DNA of 64,000 nt from Nitrososphaeria archaeon (lineage in GTDB: Archaea > Thermoproteota > Nitrososphaeria > JACIWG01): assembly GCA_050011875.1 (NCBI GenBank), contig JBEKIG010000006.1, forward strand, positions 1 through 64,000. Reading direction: 5' to 3'. Below the pieces are notes generated by a model that searched no databases, was not told where the DNA came from, and was given only the letters and a program-made list of their open reading frames with translations. Positions 18,524 through 28,967 of this stretch are shown in pieces (the first letter of the stretch is position 1; the number at the start of each line of letters is the position of its first letter). Both the position numbers and the translations under genes were made by a program.

Positions 18524-19678
18524 CTAACCCTTTCCTAAGGGCCTCATCCTGAAGAATATCTGCACAACTAGGATAATAAAACTCACTACGGCTCCAGCTA
18601 CATAAGGGTATGAAGGGCCGAACTGAGCGACCACTCCGCCCACAAAAGGGCCTAGGAAAGAGGCCAAGCCGAGGGTGCTTTCAAAGTTTCCGGTTACCTG
18701 ACCCCTGTTCTTCTTGCTCTCAGTCATCAGGTAATAGAGTGATGAAGAGTACAGGATTCCCTGCCCAAATCCCAATCCCATGAAAGACGGTGCAAAGGCC
18801 GAGGCATCCTTAGCAAACGCCATAAGGGCAAAGGAGACAGTGAAGGCTGCCGCGCCGATCAGGAAGGACGTCTTCCCGAATCTCCGGATCAGTTTCCCCG
18901 AAAAGATGAAGACAAGGGTCTGAACTAGGCTCGAGAGGAAGAATAGGAGGCCGATCTGGAAGGCGGGAACACTTAGACGAGTTGCGGACACTGGGAAGAG
19001 GGTGTTCACGATTCCGCTGTTGAAGGAGTAGCCGAAGGCGGCGACCATAGGCAGGAACAGCACAAAGCGACTCGGCCTATCTACGGCGACGTCCACCTTC
19101 GACTGCATCGGTGGCGGGTCATCACCAGCTCTGTTCCGTAGAACCAAAAGCATCACCGAGACCAGAAGGGCGAGGGCTGAGGAGACGTAGAAGGGAAGGG
19201 TCAGAAAGAAGGCGGTTATCAGGAAACCCGCAAACGGTGAGCCTACCATACTAGCTGCTCCCCAGGAGACATTGTATCCCACCAAAGCCCGATCCACCTT
19301 ATTTCTCTGAGCGCTCTCAACGATCATGGCCTCTATTGCAGGCCAGAAGAGAGCTAGACCCAAACTCTGGGCTATCCTAAGGGGAATTAGCTGCGAAATG
19401 TTACCGCAAAACGGGTAGGCCAATGAAACAACGGCTTGAACAGCCGCACCTATGGTGATGAAGTTCCTTTTCGAGTATCTGTTGGAGAGGACACCCGTAA
19501 GTCGTGCCATAAGTGAATACGCCAAACCCCCGACAGCGCCCATCAGCCCAATCTCGAATGGTGAGGCTGAAACTGCCAAAGCGTAAATCGGTAGGGTCAG
19601 GAAGGCTATGTTCAATGATGTCTGAAGTCCTCCACTCGCTACATAGAGGATCAGCAAGGATGAATTGCGACGCGTCAT
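18524..19678 (-). CDS. MFS transporter
   Basis: About 12 TM segments; motif-A-like GVLSNRYSKR and GKLIRRFGK. Confidence 0.88.
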   Translation of the reverse strand: MTRRNSSLLILYVASGGLQTSLNIAFLTLPIYALAVSASPFEIGLMGAVGGLAYSLMARLTGVLSNRYSKRNFITIGAAVQAVVSLAYPFCGNISQLIPLRIAQSLGLALFWPAIEAMIVESAQRNKVDRALVGYNVSWGAASMVGSPFAGFLITAFFLTLPFYVSSALALLVSVMLLVLRNRAGDDPPPMQSKVDVAVDRPSRFVLFLPMVAAFGYSFNSGIVNTLFPVSATRLSVPAFQIGLLFFLSSLVQTLVFIFSGKLIRRFGKTSFLIGAAAFTVSFALMAFAKDASAFAPSFMGLGFGQGILYSSSLYYLMTESKKNRGQVTGNFESTLGLASFLGPFVGGVVAQFGPSYPYVAGAVVSFIILVVQIFFRMRPLGKG

Positions 19679-19728
19679 AGTCTAAAGACACTCCCATTGG
19701 CGCAAAATTCTTACTGGGAAAAAAGGTT

Positions 19729-20373
19729 TCATTCGGCTTTAAATTCTTCTCCAGGTTTAAGGATAATTACTTTGATTTTGGATTTTGCTTCCACATCATT
19801 CTTAAACTCGTTGGGATCCGTCTTCCACCTATGCATCGGGATGACAAATTCTGGTTTTATCGCCAACGCAGCCTCTGCGGCCTCAGGGTTGTCCATGGTG
19901 TAGGTTCCGCCGCTAGGAAGCAGCGCTAGATATATGTTCCTAAGGTTCTTCATCTCCGGAATGAAGTCTGTGTCCCCCGCGTGATAGATCGTCTTGTTCC
20001 CTACTGTTACCAGATATCCTACCCCGAAGCCTTTTGGATGGAATGGGTTACCAGGAGACCTAAACCTTTTGTAGTTGTATGCTGCGACGGCTTCCACCGT
20101 AACATCTCCGAAAGAACTCTTTTCTCCAGCTTTAAGGGACTTTACGTTTCCACCTACCTTTAAGGCGCAATCGGCAGGAGCGATAACTAAGGTGTCCTCT
20201 TTTCGGATATCCTTTACCTTCGATGGCTGGCAATGGTCATCATGGGAGTGAGAAATCAATATTAGGTCCGCTTTATCCTTATATTCTCCTTCGTAGGGAT
20301 CGATGTAGATCGTCTTATCCCCGGCCTTTATTTCAAAGCTCGCATGCCCTAAATATTTAATAGAAATTTTCAT
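19729..20373 (-). CDS. MBL-fold metallohydrolase
   Basis: LGHASF, IDPY, SHSHDDH, YHAGDT, IPMH. Confidence 0.9.
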   Translation of the reverse strand: MKISIKYLGHASFEIKAGDKTIYIDPYEGEYKDKADLILISHSHDDHCQPSKVKDIRKEDTLVIAPADCALKVGGNVKSLKAGEKSSFGDVTVEAVAAYNYKRFRSPGNPFHPKGFGVGYLVTVGNKTIYHAGDTDFIPEMKNLRNIYLALLPSGGTYTMDNPEAAEAALAIKPEFVIPMHRWKTDPNEFKNDVEAKSKIKVIILKPGEEFKAE

Positions 20374-20487
20374 CTTAAATCAAACCGCTACAATACTTTA
20401 TTCAGGTATGACTTAAATTTTTTTTGATCTTAGCCTTATATTCCATGAGGTTGCTGTGTCCCGCTGGATCTATTGATCGACACGACG

Positions 20488-21243
20488 CTAGCCGTAAGAG
20501 CCGGCGCCGTCCAGAGGGTAGTATCCCACCACCTTACGGGCATGTTCTATGTCCCGGTGTCTCCAACGATTATTTGAAACAACATAAAGGATGTCGAAGC
20601 GGAGGTCTTCTGGTGCGGCAATACATTTGTCCACCATTTGGGCGGCGTTCCTTAGACTGCACCATACTACGAAGTCTCGTGGAGTTGTAGGCTTGTCATC
20701 CGCCTTGACCCGGCCGAATCGTAGGCAGATAACCGAAATGCCGAACACTTCGCTGTAGTAGCGACCGATGGCTTCACCCCATACCTTGCTGGCACCGTAT
20801 AGGTCGTTGGGACGTACCTGCGATTCCGCGGTCAACATTGGCCAGTCTGGCGGCACCTTGTCATATTCTCCCTTTATGATAGCGTCGTATGGGAAGTCTT
20901 TCTCGTATCCCATGACTACTGCACCACTGGATGCGAAGATGATGCGTTTCACACCTGCCAATCGGGATGCTTCGAACACGTTATAGCAACCGACGATATT
21001 AGTGTGCAATATGTCTTCCCAAGATGCGCCCCCTAAGACTGCTGCTAGGTGCACTACCACGTCTTTACCTTCAAATGCTGGTCTAATGGCGTTCAAGTCC
21101 GCAATGTCGGCTCTGTAGCATGGGACTCCGGGGACATCGCGGCGGTTCAGTGCTGAGAGGTCGTACTTATCGCCTAGGTGCTTGAGTACAGCGCCTCCGA
21201 TAACCCCACTTAGGCCAGTCACCAAAACTCTCTTCTTGACCAT
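20488..21243 (-). CDS. NAD-dependent epimerase/dehydratase (uronate dehydrogenase-like SDR)
   Basis: TGLSGVIG, VVHLAA, YGASK. Confidence 0.85.
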   Translation of the reverse strand: MVKKRVLVTGLSGVIGGAVLKHLGDKYDLSALNRRDVPGVPCYRADIADLNAIRPAFEGKDVVVHLAAVLGGASWEDILHTNIVGCYNVFEASRLAGVKRIIFASSGAVVMGYEKDFPYDAIIKGEYDKVPPDWPMLTAESQVRPNDLYGASKVWGEAIGRYYSEVFGISVICLRFGRVKADDKPTTPRDFVVWCSLRNAAQMVDKCIAAPEDLRFDILYVVSNNRWRHRDIEHARKVVGYYPLDGAGSYG

Positions 21244-21515
21244 ACTTATCCATCTACCCAGATTACAGAACTAATATAAAAGGGGATGTACATGATAGAA
21301 AGAATACTATAGTATAATGAACTCAAGAGAAACAGCAATTAGAGGCATTTTGGGTTAGGCAAGTGATTTCTAATAAAACGCCGAGCTAATCTCTCTAGAA
21401 GAATTAATTAGACTCACCTTAAGCGTATGCTTGATTTACTATCCAATTTTTATATTTAACCTAACAAGTATATTAGTTGGAAAGACTTAAAATCAAGTCT
21501 CATCAACTAATTGTT

Positions 21516-22520
21516 ATGACTAAACCTGTCATTTTAAATGCTTTAACTGGCATCCTTGGTACGCATCTTTCAGAAAAGTTCAGAAAGAAGTACGAGATAA
21601 GATCTAATCCTTACAAAGGTAATATGACAAGAGATCAATTGATCAAAGAGATCAAAGATGTAGATGCCGTAATAGCAGGTGGAGAACGTTATACAAAAGA
21701 AATCTTTGTGGCTGCAAAGAATCTTAAGATAATAGCAAGATATGGTGTTGGCTACGATATGGTAGATATGGCTGAGGCCACAAAGTTTGGTATCTTTGTT
21801 ACTAATCAACCTGGTTTGAATTCGGAAACGGTAGCAGAACATACGGTGGCCTTGATTTTTGCACTTGCCAGAGGGCTTGTAGATGCTGTAAGATCCACAA
21901 AGCCGAAAACATGGTCAAAGATAGCGTTAAAGTATGTCTCAGATAAAAATACCTTCGAACTCCATGGAAAAACTCTTGGAATCATAGGTCTAGGGTCAAT
22001 AGGCTCGAAGGTCGCAAAAATATGTTCAGGCCTCGACATGAAGATTATCGCATATGATCCATATGTAAAGGAGGAAAAAATGAAACAGCTTGGTGTTGAA
22101 ATGGTAGGTTTTGAGGAACTGCTTAAGACATCAGACATAGTCACCATACATACTTTCCTCAATGATGAAACAAAGCACATGATCGGGGAAAAGCAGTTGA
22201 AAAAAATGAAGAAGAATGCTATTCTAATAAACGCCGCAAGAGGACCTATAATCGATGAACTAGCACTCTACAAAGCCTTAAAGGAAAAATGGATAGCTGC
22301 TGCAGGATTAGATGTCTTGGAAAAGGAGCCTCCCGAAGATGATAATCCACTGTTCACACTTGATAATGTAATAATCACACCACATATTGCATCATCAAGT
22401 ATTGATAATTTCATCAGAAGTGATGTGTTGACAGAAGAACAGATAGAACAAGCTCTGAATGGGAAAATACCAAAGTTTACTCTTAATCCTGACGCGATTA
22501 AGAATAGAAGAAATAGATGA
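21516..22520 (+). CDS. D-2-hydroxyacid dehydrogenase (phosphoglycerate dehydrogenase-like)
   Basis: RYGVGYD, GIIGLGSIG, INAARG, DVLEKEP, TPHIA; no ACT domain. Confidence 0.88.
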   Translation: MTKPVILNALTGILGTHLSEKFRKKYEIRSNPYKGNMTRDQLIKEIKDVDAVIAGGERYTKEIFVAAKNLKIIARYGVGYDMVDMAEATKFGIFVTNQPGLNSETVAEHTVALIFALARGLVDAVRSTKPKTWSKIALKYVSDKNTFELHGKTLGIIGLGSIGSKVAKICSGLDMKIIAYDPYVKEEKMKQLGVEMVGFEELLKTSDIVTIHTFLNDETKHMIGEKQLKKMKKNAILINAARGPIIDELALYKALKEKWIAAAGLDVLEKEPPEDDNPLFTLDNVIITPHIASSSIDNFIRSDVLTEEQIEQALNGKIPKFTLNPDAIKNRRNR

Positions 22521-22743
22521 ATCTAACTCTTTAATCCAATTGGTGGAAACCTCCATTCAATGTCACAACATCTAGTCGGTATCTACGCAGTCAGATCCTC
22601 CCTCATTAGTGCTTCCAAGATTCTACTTCTTGGCTTCATATTCTTTTTCTAAGTATCTTTATGTTTAAAGATATTAAGATAATTTGCATTACAATCCCTT
22701 AAAGAATTGATGATAGAAAAGAACTCACTCATGATATCAAAAC

Positions 22744-22880
22744 GTGTTTGCCTGTACCTTACAATAGATCTGCAGCTAGGGTAACTCCAAGTGCAGCCAT
22801 TGCTTGCTCACCTGTGACTAAATGTTGTCTGTCTTCTACGATGCAGTTTAAGAAATGGTTGATTTCTTCTCTGATACTAA
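22744..22880 (-). pseudogene. C-terminal fragment of a Gfo/Idh/MocA oxidoreductase
   Basis: IREEINHFLNCIVEDRQHLVTGEQAMAALGVTLAA...(stop)GTGKHV; no N-terminal domain. Confidence 0.6.
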
Positions 22881-23336
22881 ATTCTACAATTATATTTAAG
22901 AATGTAAAGCGGAGGGGAACCCGATTACAAAGATATTCAGTTTTGCAATTTGATCTTATGCCTGCCATAATCGTCAGGATAATGATAGCCATATTATGCT
23001 AGGCTTGTTCATATGTTTCATTTATCGGTTAAGACCCTAAAAATGTGCGAGCATGCCACTGGGAAAAGCCCTTGGGAAATGCCCCAGAAAAACGTCCTGC
23101 GACAATATCGCAATCATATGAACAATTTTATGAACCAAATGAACAAAAAAATAAATATATGAACACTACTATTATTTGAATATGGTAAGGAATATACCGC
23201 CCAACGTGAAGTAGGCCGTTGGTAAGTGCTCTGTTTTTGAATATGATTACACCACATTTAACCAGATTTTGGCACGGTAAAAAAAAGATGGCTTTTTTTC
23301 TAAAAACTTAAAAATCCTGATATTCTCCCAAAATGT

Positions 23337-23975
23337 ATGTTAGAGAACATAAAGGAATGGCATAAAGAAGCTGTTGCTAATAGGGTCGTCAGCTCTTTGA
23401 AGGATAACGGTTTCAACGCATATTACACAAAGACGAGGGAAGAAGCCATTAAGAAGGTTTTAGAGCTTATACCTGAAGGCGCGAAGGTTGCAACTGCTGG
23501 TTCCTTAACAATCCGTGAACTTGAACTACCTCAGCTTCTCTCTAAAAAGGGATTCTCTGTACTCATTCATGACGCACCCAGTTCCAAGTCTAGCTTTGAA
23601 ACAAGACGGGAAACCCTAACTTCTGACGTGCTCTTAGCCAGCGCTAATGCTGTAACAATAGATGGTAAGTTGGTGAATATCGATGGAGGTGGCAACAGGA
23701 TTGCTGCGATGAGCTTCGGACCTAAGAGGACAATAATAGTAGTAGGTGTGAACAAGATAGTGAAAGATTTAGAGGCGGCTATTTGGAGGATTAAGAACGT
23801 GGCTGCTCCCATGAATGCTAAGCGGTTTAACAGGGATACTCCTTGTGTAACTGACGGTTTCTGTTCCGAATGTCCTCCGGAGAAAAGCATATGTAAAGCT
23901 ACTTTAATACTTGAAGGAAGGCCCTCTTTTACAGACTATCATGTTGTGATCGTAGGGGAAAGTCTAGGCTTTTAG
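23337..23975 (+). CDS. LUD-domain (LutC/YkgG-like) protein
   Basis: SANAVTIDGKLVNIDGGGNRIAAMSFGP...GVNKIV; C-terminal Cys cluster. Confidence 0.85.
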   Translation: MLENIKEWHKEAVANRVVSSLKDNGFNAYYTKTREEAIKKVLELIPEGAKVATAGSLTIRELELPQLLSKKGFSVLIHDAPSSKSSFETRRETLTSDVLLASANAVTIDGKLVNIDGGGNRIAAMSFGPKRTIIVVGVNKIVKDLEAAIWRIKNVAAPMNAKRFNRDTPCVTDGFCSECPPEKSICKATLILEGRPSFTDYHVVIVGESLGF

Positions 23976-23981
23976 TCCATT

Positions 23982-24743
23982 TCAGATGTAATCGAATATA
24001 TCATCCAGTCTATAGATTACATTGATTTTTTTACCTCTATACTTTTCATTTCTATCTATCAGGAGGGCCCGCATCCCCGCGGATTCAGCACCCACGTAAT
24101 CATATTCATATAAGTCTCCTATATGGATCATTCTTTCAGGTCGTGTATTGGATAGTTTTGAGGCTATTTTGAAAATCTCTGGATTGGGCTTCTCGTACCC
24201 CACTGTTCCCGAGGCTACAATTATGTCAAAGTAAGATTCCAAATTTACTGACTTAAGGAAAATTCTCAGATTTCTCTCTGATGATACGTTTGAACAGATA
24301 ATGAGCTTAAATTTTTTATGTTTTAGTTGGGATAGAGTTGGTTCTGTATCTTCAAATGCTTTTAATTGGACTCTGTATGGATATATTTCTATTATCTTTG
24401 AAATAACTCTGCTTGGCGATGGTAACTTCAGGCTTGTTAAAATCCTGCTGACAAAGTCCGCTCTTGTTTCTTCGGTCCATATTCTGCCTTTTTCTCTCTC
24501 TGCCAGCATCCATTCCAGGGCTTCATCATATCTTTTTTTGAACTCCGATAATTCAGTTACATATCCAAGCTCTTCGAAGATAAGGTGGTAGGTTAGATAG
24601 CCTTCTTTTAGTTCATATGCTAAAGTGTCACCAAAGTCGAACATTACAGCTTTTATCTGATCCTTGTTCATTTTGTATCCCTTCTTTATGAAAGTATCTA
24701 CATCTAGATGAGGTGTATATAATTCTTGTCGGATCTTTGACAA
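23982..24743 (-). CDS. HAD-family hydrolase
   Basis: FDFGDTL, EKPNPEIF, HIGDLYEYDYVGA; the start may be the internal MNKDQ. Confidence 0.88.
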   Translation of the reverse strand: MSKIRQELYTPHLDVDTFIKKGYKMNKDQIKAVMFDFGDTLAYELKEGYLTYHLIFEELGYVTELSEFKKRYDEALEWMLAEREKGRIWTEETRADFVSRILTSLKLPSPSRVISKIIEIYPYRVQLKAFEDTEPTLSQLKHKKFKLIICSNVSSERNLRIFLKSVNLESYFDIIVASGTVGYEKPNPEIFKIASKLSNTRPERMIHIGDLYEYDYVGAESAGMRALLIDRNEKYRGKKINVIYRLDDIFDYI

Positions 24744-24776
24744 GATTTAAGTCAGATAAAATCGTAAGGGTATGAA

Positions 24777-25268
24777 ATGATAAAGCTTGTCATTATCGAT
24801 GCCGACAGGACGATATGGACTCATCATAGCGTTAGCTCGTTGATAGCCCCAATTAAGCTAATATCACGAGATGTCGCTCAAGATGTGAATGGGTCAAGGG
24901 TTGAATTGCATCAAGGTTTTAGGGCCTTCCTGGACTTTGTTAGCGAAAATAAAATTTTCTTATCTTTAGCAAGTTGGAACGAGCCAGAAAATGTCTTTGA
25001 ACTTTTTTCTTTATATGATGTGGATAAATATTTCGTGTGCCCTATTGCTGAGCCCCATCCAAACAAGTATCTTATGGTGCAAAAGATAATTATGAACTTA
25101 GGCCGGAAAGGGATCAGCATCCTGCCAAGGGAAATTTTGTTCATAGATGATAACGATACATATCTTACTGAAATCAGAGAAGCTGTAGGTTATGTCAACT
25201 ATCTAAAGTATGGTGAAGATGTTAGAAATTGGGTAGACGTGATAGAAAAGATAAAGGACCTTAGCTGA
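24777..25268 (+). CDS. Magnesium-dependent phosphatase-1 (HAD IIIC)
   Basis: DADRTIW, LASWN, EPHPNK, FIDD. Confidence 0.8.
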   Translation: MIKLVIIDADRTIWTHHSVSSLIAPIKLISRDVAQDVNGSRVELHQGFRAFLDFVSENKIFLSLASWNEPENVFELFSLYDVDKYFVCPIAEPHPNKYLMVQKIIMNLGRKGISILPREILFIDDNDTYLTEIREAVGYVNYLKYGEDVRNWVDVIEKIKDLS

Positions 25269-25364
25269 TTCCTTTAACCTTTTACTCAGCTGATATCTAA
25301 TCATGTTTGGGAATAACGCTTAATAGTACTTAAGGGAACCATTTTCGGTTAAGAGAAGGTTAAC

Positions 25365-26543
25365 TTGGTCCTAAAGATAGATGATCTAAAGAAAACCTTA
25401 GCGAGCTACGATAACAAGAAGATTACTATCGGCGTTCTGGGATCACATTCTGCAGAAGAAGTCGGTGTTGCGGCAAAGATTTTTGGCTTTCCAACGGTAG
25501 TAGTCTGTCAGAAAGGGAGAGAAGACCTTTACATAAAATTCAACAGGCACGTCTTCGACCATAGCATCGTCTTAAACTCCTTTTCAGATATCATGAACAG
25601 GGAGGTTCAGGATGAGCTTCGTCGTCTGAACACAATCTTTCTGCCTAACAGATCATTTTCTGTTTACGTGGGATGCAAAAATATTGAAGACAATTTCCGA
25701 GTTCCGATCTATGGCAACAGGTGTATGCTCAAGACCGAAGATAGAAAATTGTCAAAGAACCAGTACTGGCTTCTAGAGGAAGCTGGCGTAAGAACGCCTA
25801 AGAGGTTTAGCAAGCCTGACGATATAGACAGGCTTGTCTTAGTGAAGGTGTGTCAGAAGGCTAAGCCTCTTGAACGTGCCTTCTTTACGGCTAAGAACGT
25901 TGATCAATACTGGGTGAAGGCTAGGGAACTTTCGTCCAGGAATATAATAGACCTTGAGGACCTAAAGGATGCTGTGATAGAGGAATTTGTCCTCGGGCCG
26001 AGGTTTAACGCCAACTTTCAAGCTTGGGCTCTGGACGATGTTTTCGGGGATTTTGACTTTTTAGGATTTGATGACAGAAGGCAGGTGAACCTTCAGGGAA
26101 TACTCAATTTAACCGCTCGGGAACAGCTGGAGCTTGAGGTTGACGTAAAGAACGAGGAGATAGGCCATTTCGGCGTAACAATGCGCGAATCACAGAAGCC
26201 TCTCGCCTATAATTCGGCGTCGAAATTCCTTGCCGTCTGTAAGAAAGCCTATCCTCCCGGACTTGTTGGACCTTTTGCTCTCCAAGGTGCCATAGCCTAT
26301 GATCCAGAAGATCCAGAGGGTAAGAGGTTAGATTTTTTTATCTTCGACGTTAGTCCACGCATACCCGGCTCACCTGGAATCGGGCCTACATCTCCTGAAA
26401 TGAGAAGATTATTACTCAAGTACAGGTCCCAGATAGCTGATCTGAAGTTGAAGGTACAGAATTTCGAGTCCGTGCTAGACTTCTCCATGCTGGAGATCAG
26501 TTACGCTATTAAGAGGAACAGGTTGGAGGAGATAATTACATGA
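25365..26543 (+). CDS. PurP-like ATP-grasp protein (DUF1246/DUF1297)
   Basis: GSHSA, PNRSFSVYVG, GPFALQG, FDVSPRIPG. Confidence 0.85.
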   Translation: MVLKIDDLKKTLASYDNKKITIGVLGSHSAEEVGVAAKIFGFPTVVVCQKGREDLYIKFNRHVFDHSIVLNSFSDIMNREVQDELRRLNTIFLPNRSFSVYVGCKNIEDNFRVPIYGNRCMLKTEDRKLSKNQYWLLEEAGVRTPKRFSKPDDIDRLVLVKVCQKAKPLERAFFTAKNVDQYWVKARELSSRNIIDLEDLKDAVIEEFVLGPRFNANFQAWALDDVFGDFDFLGFDDRRQVNLQGILNLTAREQLELEVDVKNEEIGHFGVTMRESQKPLAYNSASKFLAVCKKAYPPGLVGPFALQGAIAYDPEDPEGKRLDFFIFDVSPRIPGSPGIGPTSPEMRRLLLKYRSQIADLKLKVQNFESVLDFSMLEISYAIKRNRLEEIIT

Positions 26544-27637
26544 TAAATAGGAAAGAAATACTTCAGACGCTGTCCAAGTACGATCAGAAGAAGATTTCTA
26601 TAGCGACAATATGTTCCCATTCCGCTCTCCAGATCTTCCATGGTGCTAAGAAAGAAGGGTTCAGAACCTTAGGAATCTGTCTAAAGGATAGGGTACAGTT
26701 CTATAAAGCGTTCCCTAAAGCTTCCCCAGATGAGTTTATTGTCGTGGACAATTATCGGGATGTTCTAGAAGTAGAAGTCCAGGAGAGGCTTGTTGGCTCC
26801 AATGCGATTATTATCGCTCACGGTTCATTTGTAGAATATGTCGGAGCTAAAAGGCTGCTAGACTCTTTCTATGTCCCAATGTACGGCAACAGGAAAGTCC
26901 TTGAGTGGGAGAGCGATAGGGAGAAGCAGCTGGAATGGTTCAGGGAGGCGAGACTGCAATTTCCGAAGGTTTTCGACGACCCTTCGAAGATCGACACATA
27001 CGCCTTTGTTAAGGTCTACGGTGCTAGGGGTGGCAGGGGCTATTTTAGGGTCAAGAATTTTAATGAATTCCGTGAAAAACTTGCAGGAAAGGTGCGCGAG
27101 GGTGTGATCAAACCTGAAGATAAAACGTTTATCCAGGAGTTCATAGCTGGAACACGCTACTACCCGCATTACTTCTATAGCCTAGCAGGATCCAGGGGGC
27201 TAAAGCTGTCTACGGGTGGCTTGGAGCTGATGAGCATGGATAGACGACTAGAGCCCATAGATGAGATATATAGAGGACTGCCTGAAATCATCCCCGATTA
27301 CCTTGACTATACGGTGTCAGGAAACCAGCCTGTTGTCGTCAGAGAGAGTCTTCTACCCGACGTCTTAGGTATAGGCGCTAAATTGATCGAGGCTTCTATC
27401 AAACTGTTTCCACCTGGACTTATTGGGCCCTTCTGCATAGAAACGGTCTACAATCCAAGTAGAGGTTTTATAGTTTTTGAAGTTTCTGCGCGCATCGTTG
27501 CAGGCACTAACCTTTATCCTGAAGGCTCCCCATATACACCATACATATTTAATGAACCTATGTCAACCGGAAGGAGAATTTCCTTAGACATTAAGGAAGC
27601 GTTGTCTGTTAACAGAGTTGGCTCGCTTATTTACTGA
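26540..27637 (+). CDS. purP: Formate-phosphoribosylaminoimidazolecarboxamide ligase
   Basis: CSHSALQIFHGAKKEGF, HGSFVEYVG, GARGGRGYF, GPFCIE, FEVSARIVAGTN. Confidence 0.88.
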   Translation: MINRKEILQTLSKYDQKKISIATICSHSALQIFHGAKKEGFRTLGICLKDRVQFYKAFPKASPDEFIVVDNYRDVLEVEVQERLVGSNAIIIAHGSFVEYVGAKRLLDSFYVPMYGNRKVLEWESDREKQLEWFREARLQFPKVFDDPSKIDTYAFVKVYGARGGRGYFRVKNFNEFREKLAGKVREGVIKPEDKTFIQEFIAGTRYYPHYFYSLAGSRGLKLSTGGLELMSMDRRLEPIDEIYRGLPEIIPDYLDYTVSGNQPVVVRESLLPDVLGIGAKLIEASIKLFPPGLIGPFCIETVYNPSRGFIVFEVSARIVAGTNLYPEGSPYTPYIFNEPMSTGRRISLDIKEALSVNRVGSLIY

Positions 27638-27676
27638 AGAATAATCGTTATTCTTAAAAATTTTTGAATCACACAT

Positions 27677-28249
27677 TTATTGTATGAGTTCGGTTACGAT
27701 TTTCCTAATCTTCTTATATGGTACCTTCTGCAATAAGCTCTTCAGTTCCTCTTTGTATCCTTCCTCAATATTTCTTACATCGTAACCTCTTTTATAATAT
27801 ATCTTCGCCTGTCTTATAGTTGACACCCTATCAGCAATCTTCACGAGTATAGCTTCGATACTCTCCCCTTCCTCATATTCATTGAAATTTTTTTCCAATT
27901 CAGCTAGTCCTCCAGCGGCCGCGATTTCTTTTATTATCCCCTTTTCCGTCCTACTCTTGGACTCCTTGCCTATTCTTTGGGTGAGCCCTTTTGGCATATC
28001 GCCTGACACTGATTCGCTTAGGTCATGTATTATGCCCATAATCAGCATCTTCTCCTTATCGAGTGTCTTTTCTGATTTATATGAGAAGATGGTCAAGATG
28101 GTTGCGACCTCGAAGGTGTGTTCTGCGACTGTTTCCGCCTCGTAGAATGGAACACCGTTCTGCAGCCAGCCAGTCCTCGGCAGGTTCTTAAGTATCTCGG
28201 CTGCATCCACTACAATCTTTGTTTTCATATATCTGTCGATTTTGATCAA
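27677..28249 (-). CDS. HD-domain 5'-deoxynucleotidase (YfbR/HDDC2-like)
   Basis: LKNLPRTGW, ETVAEH, IHDLSE..SGD, KIADR. Confidence 0.85.
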   Translation of the reverse strand: MIKIDRYMKTKIVVDAAEILKNLPRTGWLQNGVPFYEAETVAEHTFEVATILTIFSYKSEKTLDKEKMLIMGIIHDLSESVSGDMPKGLTQRIGKESKSRTEKGIIKEIAAAGGLAELEKNFNEYEEGESIEAILVKIADRVSTIRQAKIYYKRGYDVRNIEEGYKEELKSLLQKVPYKKIRKIVTELIQ

Positions 28250-28304
28250 CCATGATATTGCGTATAACTTTTTCGCTATAGTGACCTCTGCAAAGTGACA
28301 GCGG

Positions 28305-28877
28305 CTATTCGGCCTTGATCTTTTTAATTAGCCAGCCCATTCTTTTTCCAAAGTTTCTCGCCGTCTGAATTCCCTCATCGTCTTTGGCTACTTCACCTTT
28401 TTCCCTGCCGAAGGCGATGTTCCAGTACGTAGAACCGGGTACGATCATTCCTTGATGCAGAAAGAAGAACAGGAGCTGGGCAAATGTGAAGTTTTGGCCC
28501 GCTCTCCTTGCTACTACCAAAGCACCGCCAACTTTGTTTTCGAAAACCCTTCCTGTACTGTTCGATAGTGTGCCGGCTCGGTCAATTAAGGCCTTTATCT
28601 GAGGGGTAGCTGACCCAAAATAAACTGGAGACGATAAGATAATACCGTCCGCTTTAATCATTTTTTTATAGACGGCAGTAAAATCGTCCTTTATACGACA
28701 TTGTCCTGTGGTCCTGCAGGACCTACAGTCATCGCAAGGTTTAATTTCTTTGTCAGCGAGCCTCACCAGCTCTGTCTGAGCTCCTTCCTCTTCTACAGCT
28801 TTCAGAGCTTCCTGCACAAGTCTTTCAGTGTTCCCTCCAACTCTGGGGCTTCCGCAAACGCCTAATACATATATCAT
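28305..28877 (-). CDS. Iron-sulfur flavoprotein (NADPH-dependent FMN reductase family)
   Basis: GSPRVGGNT, CDDCRSCRTTGQC, SPVYFG. Confidence 0.9.
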   Translation of the reverse strand: MIYVLGVCGSPRVGGNTERLVQEALKAVEEEGAQTELVRLADKEIKPCDDCRSCRTTGQCRIKDDFTAVYKKMIKADGIILSSPVYFGSATPQIKALIDRAGTLSNSTGRVFENKVGGALVVARRAGQNFTFAQLLFFFLHQGMIVPGSTYWNIAFGREKGEVAKDDEGIQTARNFGKRMGWLIKKIKAE

Positions 28878-28967
28878 ATACGAGTAATAATTTGAACTGT
28901 ATAAAATTATTACCTTTCACAAAATAATTACCGATGGTTATAAGAAGAAAGAGTTATTACCAACTTT

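Noticed and set aside
23199-23225. GCCCAAC...GTTGGTA as an integron attC site
   Set aside because: Far too short, single copy, and no cassette array.
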